NCBI GenBank assembly: GCA_934130285.1
Contig: CAKOXT010000005.1
Location: forward strand, 52,973 to 116,972
Direction of reading: 5' to 3'
From: an uncultured Clostridia bacterium
GTDB taxonomy: Bacteria; Bacillota; Clostridia; TANB77; CAG-508
Length of the DNA: 64,000 bases
The notes under the pieces were generated by a model, which saw nothing but the letters and a program-made list of their open reading frames with translations, had not been told where the DNA came from and ran no database searches. Made by a program: the position numbers and the translations under genes. Positions 1 to 6,910 of this stretch are shown here, one piece after another. Within the stretch, counting starts at the first letter, position 1; each line of letters begins with the position of its first letter.

Positions 1-1
1 T

Positions 2-604
2 GGAGATGCAGTCAAGGCATTTAGTGAACCATTTTATAAACCAAAATCAGATGGGACACGAGGACCAGTAGTAAATAAAGTAAAAATTGAAGCAAATACA
101 ACAATGGGAGTAACTTTAAATGACAAAAAAGCATTTGCAGCAAATGGTGATTGCGTTAGATTAGATATATTTTATGTAGAAAATGAGGGATATTATTTCA
201 TCCCAATATATGTTAGCGATACTGTAAAAAAAGAATTGCCTAATAAAGCATGTGTAGCTGGAAAAAAATATGCTGATTGGAAAGAAATGAAAGATGAAGA
301 TTTTATCTTTTCAATATATCCAAAAGATTTAATATATATTCAAGGAAAAAATAAAATTAAATTAAATCCAGTTATAAAAGATAAGGATTCAATTGAAGTT
401 GAAGAAATTTTTGCTTATTATGTAAAGGCTGGAATATCATCTGCAGCAATAACAATACAAACAAATGAGAGAAAATATGTTCAACCAAGTTTAGGAATAA
501 AAAGTTTAAAGAAATTAGAAAAATATGAAGTAGATATTTTAGGTAATTATCATAAAGTAAAATTGCCTGAAAAAAGATTACCTTTTAATATAAATAAAAA
601 ATAG
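2..604 (+). CDS. cas9: Cas9 C-terminal fragment (type II-C-like; gene continues upstream of the window)
   Basis: Frame 2 is open from base 2 to TAG 602-604. The tail GDCVRLDIFYVENEGYYFIPIYVSD..LPNKA..W..F.FSIYPKDLI resembles the C-terminal PAM-interacting region of Neisseria-type Cas9. cas1-cas2-array follow directly, with no csn2 or cas4. Confidence 0.85.
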   Translation, partial: GDAVKAFSEPFYKPKSDGTRGPVVNKVKIEANTTMGVTLNDKKAFAANGDCVRLDIFYVENEGYYFIPIYVSDTVKKELPNKACVAGKKYADWKEMKDEDFIFSIYPKDLIYIQGKNKIKLNPVIKDKDSIEVEEIFAYYVKAGISSAAITIQTNERKYVQPSLGIKSLKKLEKYEVDILGNYHKVKLPEKRLPFNINKK

Positions 605-678
605 AAGGGAGGGAAGCTTTAATATTTATCTTAAAGCACCATTTGTCTAGCATTATGCAAGATAAATGTTTTAAGCGA
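598..678 (+). ncRNA. Candidate tracrRNA (anti-repeat about 598-623, hairpin 630-675)
   Basis: AATAG-AAGGGA-GGGAAGCTTTAAT parallels the plus-strand repeat end AATAGGGAACTATAAC. GGGAAGCUUUAAU can pair with the crRNA repeat 5' end GUUAUAGUUCCC. TTGCCT-17-TAATAT lies at 563-591 and a long hairpin follows. Hand analysis only. Confidence 0.3.
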
Positions 679-683
679 ATACT

Positions 684-1586
684 ATGGCTTTCAGAAATAT
701 CTACGTACAAACAGATGCACACATAAAAGTAAAAAATGAGCAACTATTAATACAAAATGAAAACGGTGAACATACTGTTCCATTAGAAGATATTAATAGT
801 ATATGCATTGAGTCATTAAGGACAAGCATTACAACATATACATTATATAAGATAATAGAACACGATATTATTTTATATGTATGTGACTCAAAACATCTAC
901 CATCTGGAATATTAATTGGAACAAATAAGTATTCAAGACAACTAAAAAATTTACAAATGCAATTTAATATTTCAAAACCATTACTAAAAAGAATATGGCA
1001 AGAAATCGTAACAGTAAAAGTAATTAATCAAGCAAAATGCATGGAAGAATTAAAAAATGAAAAATTTACAAAATTATTAGAAATGATAAAAGGAATAACA
1101 TCAGGTGATTCAAAAAATGTGGAAGCAAAAGCAGCAGCATATTATTTTAAGTCTATTTTCGGAAACGATTTTAATAGAAATAAAGAATGTATAGAAAATG
1201 CTGCACTAAATTATGGCTATTCAATAGTTAGAGGTATGATAGCAAGAAGTCTTATAATGTATGGATTTGAACCAGCATTAGGAATATTCCATCACAACCA
1301 ATTGAATAATTTTAACCTAGCAGATGATTTTATAGAATGTTTTAGACCAGTTGTAGACTTATATGTTATAAATACTATAGACTTTAGAATGAAAAGACTA
1401 ACACCCGAAGAAAAACAAAAAATATATAATGTAATGAACTGTTTAGTTTTAATAGATGGTAAAAAATTTAATATTCAAGGTGCAATTGAATATATGATAA
1501 AAAGTTATTCAACAAGTATGAATAAAAAAGAAAATTTGATTAAATTACCATATTTAATTAAATTAGAAGAGTATAGGTATGCATAA
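684..1586 (+). CDS. cas1: CRISPR-associated endonuclease Cas1 (type II)
   Basis: 300-aa ORF between cas9 and cas2. Cas1-like core (..NYGYSIVRGMIARSL..EPALGIFH..). Confidence 0.9.
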   Translation: MAFRNIYVQTDAHIKVKNEQLLIQNENGEHTVPLEDINSICIESLRTSITTYTLYKIIEHDIILYVCDSKHLPSGILIGTNKYSRQLKNLQMQFNISKPLLKRIWQEIVTVKVINQAKCMEELKNEKFTKLLEMIKGITSGDSKNVEAKAAAYYFKSIFGNDFNRNKECIENAALNYGYSIVRGMIARSLIMYGFEPALGIFHHNQLNNFNLADDFIECFRPVVDLYVINTIDFRMKRLTPEEKQKIYNVMNCLVLIDGKKFNIQGAIEYMIKSYSTSMNKKENLIKLPYLIKLEEYRYA

Positions 1587-1899
1587 GTTTATGAGAATAC
1601 TAGTTTTCTTTGATTTACCAGTTAAAACTAAACCACAAAGAAGAAAAGCAACACAATTTAGAAACTTCTTAATTAAAGATGGATATTATATGGTTCAATT
1701 TTCAGTATATGCTAGAGTTTGTAATGGAAATGATATGGTAGAATTACATAAGAAAAGATTAAAAGCAAATGTACCTGATGATGGATCTATTAGAGTTTTA
1801 GTTATAACAGAAAAGCAGTATGAGAATGTTGAAATTTTATTAGGGAGAAAATCCAAATATGAAAAACCGATTGAATTTGAAACATTATCTCTTTTCTAA
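1579..1899 (+). CDS. cas2: CRISPR-associated endoribonuclease Cas2
   Basis: 106-aa ORF overlapping the cas1 stop by 8 nt. MRILVFFDLPV...FSVYARVC is a Cas2-like signature. Alternative start at ATG 1591. Confidence 0.9.
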   Translation: MHKFMRILVFFDLPVKTKPQRRKATQFRNFLIKDGYYMVQFSVYARVCNGNDMVELHKKRLKANVPDDGSIRVLVITEKQYENVEILLGRKSKYEKPIEFETLSLF

Positions 1900-1953
1900 A
1901 AAAAGAGATAAAATAGTAAAACATTTGATTAATGTAATATATTTTTTAAAAAG

Positions 1954-1989
1954 AAAAAAGCTAGTAATCATTGGTATTACTAGCTTTTT
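1954..1989. terminator. Bidirectional intrinsic terminator between cas2 and the array
   Basis: GCTAGTAAT, 7-nt loop, ATTACTAGC, with an A-run on the 5' side and a T-run on the 3' side. It can stop cas2 transcripts (+) and array read-through (-). Confidence 0.6.
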
Positions 1990-1998
1990 GTAGGGAAT

Positions 1999-2695
1999 AT
2001 TATATCATATCAAAATATAATAGGGAACTATAACTGTATTCGATATTAAACTGCACATAATCTTATTATATCATATCAAAATATAATAGGGAACTATAAC
2101 TATTTTTTCTTCTTTAATAATATTTTTTAGATTATATCATATCAAAATATAATAGGGAACTATAACTAAATCATATGATATATGCTCTCCATAAATATTA
2201 TATCATATCAAAATATAATAGGGAACTATAACTATTAAATGACTTCCTGAAAAATGGCTTTTATTATATCATATCAAAATATAATAGGGAACTATAACTT
2301 TCAGATTCATGAAGCAATACGAGGTTCTAATTATATCATATCAAAATATAATAGGGAACTATAACTGTTGTTCTGGAGTTATAAAAATTACTAATATTAT
2401 ATCATATCAAAATATAATAGGGAACTATAACAGAAGTATATGAAGAAGACGTTATAAACCAATTATATCATATCAAAATATAATAGGGAACTATAACTTG
2501 CTTCTCCATCTCCATACTTACCAGCTAATTATATCATATCAAAATATAATAGGGAACTATAACTTTGCTAATCGTGGCAAGTTGAAAGTTGATATTATAT
2601 CATATCAAAATATAATAGGAAACTATAACTTTTATTACTTCCACACTACCTTGACCGTAATTATATCATATCAAAATACAATAGAAAACTATAAG
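1999..2695 (-). CRISPR. CRISPR array: 11 repeats of 36 nt, 10 spacers (nine of 30 nt, one of 31 nt)
   Basis: Plus-strand repeat ATTATATCATATCAAAATATAATAGGGAACTATAAC starts at 1999, 2065, 2131, 2197, 2263, 2330, 2396, 2462, 2528, 2594 (1 mismatch) and 2660 (4 mismatches). The reverse complement GTTATAGTTCCC...TGATATAAT matches the orientation of type II-C crRNA repeats. Confidence 0.95.
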
Positions 2696-2726
2696 TGTGC
2701 TATCACGGACCAATTAGATATGCATA

Positions 2727-2757
2727 ATTATAACAAAATCTGGAAAAACACTAGACA
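2727..2757 (-). repeat. Possible 12th, heavily decayed and partly deleted repeat remnant
   Basis: ATTATAACAAAATCTGGAAAAACACTAGAC begins 67 nt after repeat 11, so it is in phase. It retains ATTATA, CAAAAT and GGAA blocks. Confidence 0.3.
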
Positions 2758-2781
2758 AAAAGTTCAGCTACGTGGTACAAT
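2752..2781 (+). promoter_or_regulatory. Candidate sigma-A promoter for ORF 2814-3185
   Basis: TAGACA, 18-nt spacer, then TGgTACAAT (extended -10), about 30 nt upstream of the TTG start. Confidence 0.35.
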
Positions 2782-2813
2782 TTCTGGAAAATAAATGAAA
2801 AGGATATAAATTA

Positions 2814-3185
2814 TTGCTAATAGGAAAAATAGACAAAAATAAAATTGGAGAATATGCTAAAAAAATAAAGTCAGAAGATATAGTATTGACAATTGAGAGA
2901 ATGAGACATATTTTTAGAAATCATCAAAATGACTACAAAATTATAATGAAAAATATAGCTAGAATTATTGCAAATCCAGATGAAGTGATAGAAGATAACA
3001 AAAATAAAGATACTTTATTTTTTATTGGAAAATTAGATAAAAACAATTTAAATATTGTTATAAAATTGAATACTACTAATAGTGAAGAACATCCTAGTAA
3101 TTCAATAATGACAGCATGGATAATAAGAGAAAAAAACTTAAGAAAGGTTAGAGAAAAAAATAAAAGTATTTACAAAATAGAATAA
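2814..3185 (+). CDS. Hypothetical small protein, possibly a PBECR-type (Barnase/EndoU/ColicinE5-D/RelE-like) nuclease domain
   Basis: 123-aa ORF with a TTG start and AAGGA about 9 nt upstream. LTIERMRHIFRNH..ANPDEVIED..LNIVIKL..IMTAWII resembles small standalone phage or polymorphic-toxin nuclease domains. This is from memory, not from a search. Confidence 0.5.
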   Translation: MLIGKIDKNKIGEYAKKIKSEDIVLTIERMRHIFRNHQNDYKIIMKNIARIIANPDEVIEDNKNKDTLFFIGKLDKNNLNIVIKLNTTNSEEHPSNSIMTAWIIREKNLRKVREKNKSIYKIE

Positions 3186-3192
3186 ACATGCT

Positions 3193-3334
3193 ATTATAAA
3201 CATACAATATGAATAGTTATTTGAAGTAGAGATTGTGCTGCTACACACCTAGTAATAGGTCAAAAGAAATGTCGGACAGGGCACACCGACCAAATAACAA
3301 ACCAAAAGAGCTATGGAAACATAGCTCTTTTTTT
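3193..3334 (+). other. Structured non-coding segment: repeat-like 5' part, GC hairpin, terminator (3' UTR, sRNA or tracrRNA-like relic)
   Basis: 3193-3226 resembles the plus-strand repeat. 3234-3246 echoes the 2696-2706 flank. Hairpin GTCGG-N10-CCGAC at 3271-3290. Terminator at 3305-3334. Confidence 0.25.
3305..3334 (+). terminator. Intrinsic terminator
   Basis: AAAGAGCTATG, GAAA loop, CATAGCTCTTT, followed by a T-run. Confidence 0.7.
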
Positions 3335-3376
3335 ATGCCTTAAAAATTAAATTATACTTGGAAAAGCATTCCTAAG

Positions 3377-3383
3377 TGTCGAA
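3377..3383 (+). promoter_or_regulatory. Spo0A box (TGTCGAA) upstream of the spoIIA operon
   Basis: Exact match to the 0A-box heptamer. Weaker copies are GGTCGAT (3387-3393) and inverted TTCGTCA (3406-3412). Confidence 0.45.
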
Positions 3384-3411
3384 AAAGGTCGATGACTTCC
3401 CATATTTCGTC

Positions 3412-3438
3412 AAAGGAAAAAAATGGAAAGAAAAGAAT
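3412..3438 (+). promoter_or_regulatory. Sigma-H-type promoter of the spoIIA operon
   Basis: AAAGGAAAA, 11-nt spacer, AAAGAAT fits RNAGGAWWW-N11-RNNGAAT. It lies about 33 nt upstream of the ATG at 3471. Confidence 0.5.
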
Positions 3439-3470
3439 ATACAATATATAAAGTTCTAAAGGAGGGTCGT

Positions 3471-3806
3471 ATGAAAATTGATTTCGACGAGAAGGACAAG
3501 CTCTTAAATTTAGAGATAGATGAAGAGATAGATCATCATAGAGCAGAAATATTAAGGAGGAATGCAGATTATGAAATTCAAAGACGTAATCCGAAAAGAG
3601 TTATACTTGATTTTAATAACGTTTATTTTATGGATAGTGCCGGAATCGGAATGGTAATAGGCAGATACAAAACTGCGTCAATGATTGGTGCAAAGATTGA
3701 AATGAAAAATGTAAAACCAAATATACGAAAAATATTTGACATGACAGGTGTGTTAAAAATAATTCCAATTGTAGAGGAGGAACACAAAAATGAAAAAACA
3801 GTATGA
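3471..3806 (+). CDS. spoIIAA: Anti-sigma-F factor antagonist SpoIIAA (STAS domain)
   Basis: STAS-like sequence ...[15 protein letters not shown]... The ATG at 3471 follows AAGGAGG. The upstream ATG at 3423 lies inside the predicted promoter. Confidence 0.85.
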   Translation: MKIDFDEKDKLLNLEIDEEIDHHRAEILRRNADYEIQRRNPKRVILDFNNVYFMDSAGIGMVIGRYKTASMIGAKIEMKNVKPNIRKIFDMTGVLKIIPIVEEEHKNEKTV

Positions 3807-4242
3807 CAATGAAATGAGACTAGAATTTTTAAGTAAATCTTGTAATGAATCATTTGCACGAATCACAGTTGCAGCATTTGTTGCTCAGTTAGATCCTACC
3901 ATAGAAGAAATTTCTGATATAAAAACATCAGTATCTGAAATAGTTACTAATTCAATAATACATGCATATGATTCTAATGATGAGATTATAAAAATACATA
4001 GTTACATAATTGATAATTGCGTGATAATAGAAATTTCAGATACTGGTAAAGGAATAGAAGATGTTGAAATGGCAAGAAAGCCATTATATACATCAAAAGC
4101 AGAACTTGAAAGGTCTGGAATGGGCTTTACAATTGTTGAAAGTTTTATGGATGAACTTAAAGTTGAATCAATTGTAGGGTTAGGAACTAAAGTTACAATG
4201 AAAAAAATTATAAAAAAAGAACAAAATTTATTAGATTGTTAG
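3790..4242 (+). CDS. spoIIAB: Anti-sigma-F factor / serine kinase SpoIIAB
   Basis: 150 aa, with GHKL-type motifs (..NSIIHAY.., [13 protein letters not shown]). Overlaps the spoIIAA end. Confidence 0.9.
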   Translation: MKKQYDNEMRLEFLSKSCNESFARITVAAFVAQLDPTIEEISDIKTSVSEIVTNSIIHAYDSNDEIIKIHSYIIDNCVIIEISDTGKGIEDVEMARKPLYTSKAELERSGMGFTIVESFMDELKVESIVGLGTKVTMKKIIKKEQNLLDC

Positions 4243-4254
4243 GAGATATTAATT

Positions 4255-4971
4255 TTGTATGAGACTACAATAGAAGAAATCTTAGAAGCACAATCTGGGG
4301 ATAAAGAGAAGTTAAATGATATTGTAGAAAAAAATTCAAGATTGATATGGAGTATAGTAAAAAGATTTAAAAATAGTAGGTACGAAACTGAAGATTTGTT
4401 TCAGATTGGTGCTTTAGGATTTATAAAATCAATTAAAAGATTTGATAAAGAATATAATGTGAAGCTGTCTACATTTGCTGTTCCATATATTATAGGAGAG
4501 TTGAAAAGGCATTTTAGAGACGATGGAATTGTAAAAGTTAGTAGAAGTTTAAAAGAATTGAATATGAAAATAGAGATGCTTAGAAAGCAATATGAAAAAG
4601 AGGGAAAAGAATTAACAATTGAAAAAATAAAAGAAGAGTTAAAGGAATCAAAAGAAAATATTTTATTAGCATTGGAAGCAGAAAGAGAAGTTAAATCAAT
4701 AGACGAAGATATGGATGATGGAAGCGAAAATATGCTAATAAAACAAGTAAAAGTTGAAAGTTATGAAGATGAAACAATAAGAAAATTAGTATTAAAAGAA
4801 GAATTAAATAAATTAGAAGAAAAGGAAAGAAACATAATAGTATTAAGATATTTTTACAATAAAACTCAAAGTCAAATTGCTGAACAATATGGCATAAGTC
4901 AAGTACAGGTATCTAGGATAGAAAAGAAAATTTTATTGAAAATGAGAGAGAACATAAAGGAGAAATTGTGA
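4255..4971 (+). CDS. sigF: Sporulation sigma factor SigF
   Basis: 238-aa sigma-70 family protein (regions 2-4) directly after spoIIAB. TTG start with GGAG upstream. Confidence 0.9.
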   Translation: MYETTIEEILEAQSGDKEKLNDIVEKNSRLIWSIVKRFKNSRYETEDLFQIGALGFIKSIKRFDKEYNVKLSTFAVPYIIGELKRHFRDDGIVKVSRSLKELNMKIEMLRKQYEKEGKELTIEKIKEELKESKENILLALEAEREVKSIDEDMDDGSENMLIKQVKVESYEDETIRKLVLKEELNKLEEKERNIIVLRYFYNKTQSQIAEQYGISQVQVSRIEKKILLKMRENIKEKL

Positions 4972-5990
4972 AAAATATAATTGAAAAAATAAAAAAACAC
5001 TATGTATTCTTTTTTTTATTTTCTAGTATAGGAGCTTTGGTGATATTACCAATGTGGCTAACACAGAGCTTTGAAATAAATAAGGATACACAAAGAATAG
5101 AAATTAATGTTGAAAAGCCAAGCTTAGATTTAGGTGTACAATATAAAAAAATAAATTTATTACATAATAATGAAAATGTTGTGGAAACATTAGAGTTAGA
5201 AGATTATTTGATAAATGTTGTGGCAGCAGAAATGCCAGTTGAGTATGAAGAAGAGGCTTTGAAAGCTCAAGCTACAGTAGCTAGAACATACACTTTATAT
5301 CAAATTGAAAACGGTCATAAGCATGATAATGCAGATGTTTGTGACAGCAGTACATGTTGTCAGGCATGGATATCTAAAGAAAAAAGATATGAAAAATGGG
5401 GAGACAATCAAGATGAGAAATGGAGCAAATTAACAAATGCAGTATATTCAACTGCTGGTGAAGTCATAACATATGATGGAAAACCAATTGATGCTTTTTT
5501 TCACTCAAATAGTGGAGGAACAACAGAAATTCCTATAAATGTATGGGGCGGAAGTGATTTCCCATATTTGCAAGTTGTAGAAACTAGTGGTGAAGATGAG
5601 TATAGTCAATATTATTCTGAAAAAGAATATACCAAAGCTGAAATAGAAAGCAAAATGAAGTCTGCTTACAGTGATTTTTCAATAGACTGGAATGAAGAGA
5701 ACTGTATAGAAATTCTAGAATATACAGAAAGCTCTAGAATTAAAACTTTGAAAATAGGAAATAAAAATATTTCAGGTGTTGAAGCTCGAAAAATTTTTGA
5801 ATTAAAGTCATCAAATTTCACATATGAAATATCAGAAAGTACAGTGAAATTTAAAGTAATAGGATATGGACATGGTGTTGGCTTAAGCCAAACAGGAAGT
5901 AATACATTGGCAAAAGAGGGAAAGAATTATAAAGAGATCATAGAGCATTTCTTTAAAAATATTGAAATAGAAAATATAAAAGATAAATAA
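4968..5990 (+). CDS. spoIID: Stage II sporulation protein D (lytic transglycosylase)
   Basis: N-terminal TM segment, then the SpoIID motif VAAEMP..EALKAQA.VARTY..SS.CCQ. GTG start overlaps the sigF stop (GTGA), with AAGGAG 5 nt upstream. Confidence 0.85.
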   Translation: MKNIIEKIKKHYVFFFLFSSIGALVILPMWLTQSFEINKDTQRIEINVEKPSLDLGVQYKKINLLHNNENVVETLELEDYLINVVAAEMPVEYEEEALKAQATVARTYTLYQIENGHKHDNADVCDSSTCCQAWISKEKRYEKWGDNQDEKWSKLTNAVYSTAGEVITYDGKPIDAFFHSNSGGTTEIPINVWGGSDFPYLQVVETSGEDEYSQYYSEKEYTKAEIESKMKSAYSDFSIDWNEENCIEILEYTESSRIKTLKIGNKNISGVEARKIFELKSSNFTYEISESTVKFKVIGYGHGVGLSQTGSNTLAKEGKNYKEIIEHFFKNIEIENIKDK

Positions 5991-6006
5991 ATATAATCTT
6001 CTCTTT

Positions 6007-6034
6007 GTATAAATACATAAAATATGGAAATACT
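6007..6034 (+). promoter_or_regulatory. Forespore-type (sigma-F/G-like) promoter candidate
   Basis: GTATA, 14-nt spacer, GGAAATACT, compared with GyATA-N15-GGnrAnAnT. It sits upstream of the spoIIQ-like gene. Confidence 0.4.
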
Positions 6035-6062
6035 TGTAATAAATAAAATATAGGAGGAGAGT

Positions 6063-6809
6063 ATGAACAGAGGAAAAAGATATAAATCTACTATGCTAGA
6101 TAAAGAAAAAAGATTTTATATAATTGGTGTAGGCTTTTTAACTGTGTTAATAATTTTTATATTTGCATTATCAGGATATAAAGCCAAAAAAGAAGCTAAT
6201 GCTAAGATAGCTCAGATAGAATCAGAGGAAAATTTTGATGCTACAATGGTCAGTTCAACAGAAGATAAAAGTATAAATGAAGTTGAAAATAAGGCTGAAG
6301 AAAAAATTGCAATAAATACATCAAATATTACTAATAATACAGTAAACCAGATAAAAGAAACTCCAACGCCAGAGGTAAAAGAAACACCTAAACCAGTAGA
6401 GTTACATTTTTCAGTACCATTAGAAGGAGAGATTGCAAAAGATTTTTCAGATTCTAATTTAACATATTCTGAAACATTGCAAGAATGGACTGTTCACTTA
6501 GGAGTTGATATAAAAGCTGAAAAAGGAAGTTCAGTATTAGCATCAGAAGCGGGAACAGTTGAATCTATAAAAAATGATCCAAGATATGGAATAACAGTAA
6601 CAGTAGTTCACGAAAATGGATTTAAAACAATATACTCAAATTTGCAAACAGCCGAATTTGTTTCTGAGGGACAAACAATAGATAAAGGACAAATTATAGG
6701 ATCAGTTGGAGATAATGCAGCATTTGAAATTGCTGATGATCCACATCTACATTTTGAAATGACTAAAGATGGAACTAATGTAAATCCATCAACTTACTGG
6801 GAGAAATAA
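6063..6809 (+). CDS. spoIIQ: Membrane-anchored M23/LytM peptidase, SpoIIQ-like
   Basis: N-terminal TM segment. The LytM domain has intact HLGVD and HLHFE motifs. It follows spoIID, as in clostridial spoIID-spoIIQ neighbourhoods. Confidence 0.65.
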   Translation: MNRGKRYKSTMLDKEKRFYIIGVGFLTVLIIFIFALSGYKAKKEANAKIAQIESEENFDATMVSSTEDKSINEVENKAEEKIAINTSNITNNTVNQIKETPTPEVKETPKPVELHFSVPLEGEIAKDFSDSNLTYSETLQEWTVHLGVDIKAEKGSSVLASEAGTVESIKNDPRYGITVTVVHENGFKTIYSNLQTAEFVSEGQTIDKGQIIGSVGDNAAFEIADDPHLHFEMTKDGTNVNPSTYWEK

Positions 6810-6864
6810 ATATTAATAATATTTAAAGATAAAAATCTGATAGATATTTAATAGTATAATAAAA

Positions 6865-6888
6865 AGCTCAAGAAATTAATCTTGAGCT
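6865..6888. terminator. Bidirectional terminator hairpin
   Basis: AGCTCAAG, 8-nt loop, CTTGAGCT, flanked by an A-run and a T-rich run between convergent genes. Confidence 0.5.
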
Positions 6889-6910
6889 TCTATTTTATTT
6901 TAATTAATAA

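Noticed and set aside
605-616. AAGGGAGGGAAG as the RBS of a small ORF or of cas1
   Set aside because: No ATG, GTG or TTG lies within 4-15 nt downstream, and the cas1 ATG is about 70 nt away.
2498-2794. 98-aa ORF from the six-frame track
   Set aside because: It runs through CRISPR repeats 8-11 (the repeated peptide IISYQNIIGNYN is the translated repeat). It is an artefact of the array.
2660-2810. Degenerate last repeat as the tracrRNA anti-repeat
   Set aside because: It is exactly in phase with the array and keeps the repeat promoter. No hairpin/terminator tail follows within 150 nt, and its first crRNA-pairing position is a G/G mismatch. It is better explained as the decayed terminal repeat.
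3423-3470. Longer SpoIIAA starting at ATG 3423
   Set aside because: That ATG lies inside the predicted sigma-H promoter and has no RBS. The ATG at 3471 follows AAGGAGG and gives the usual protein length.
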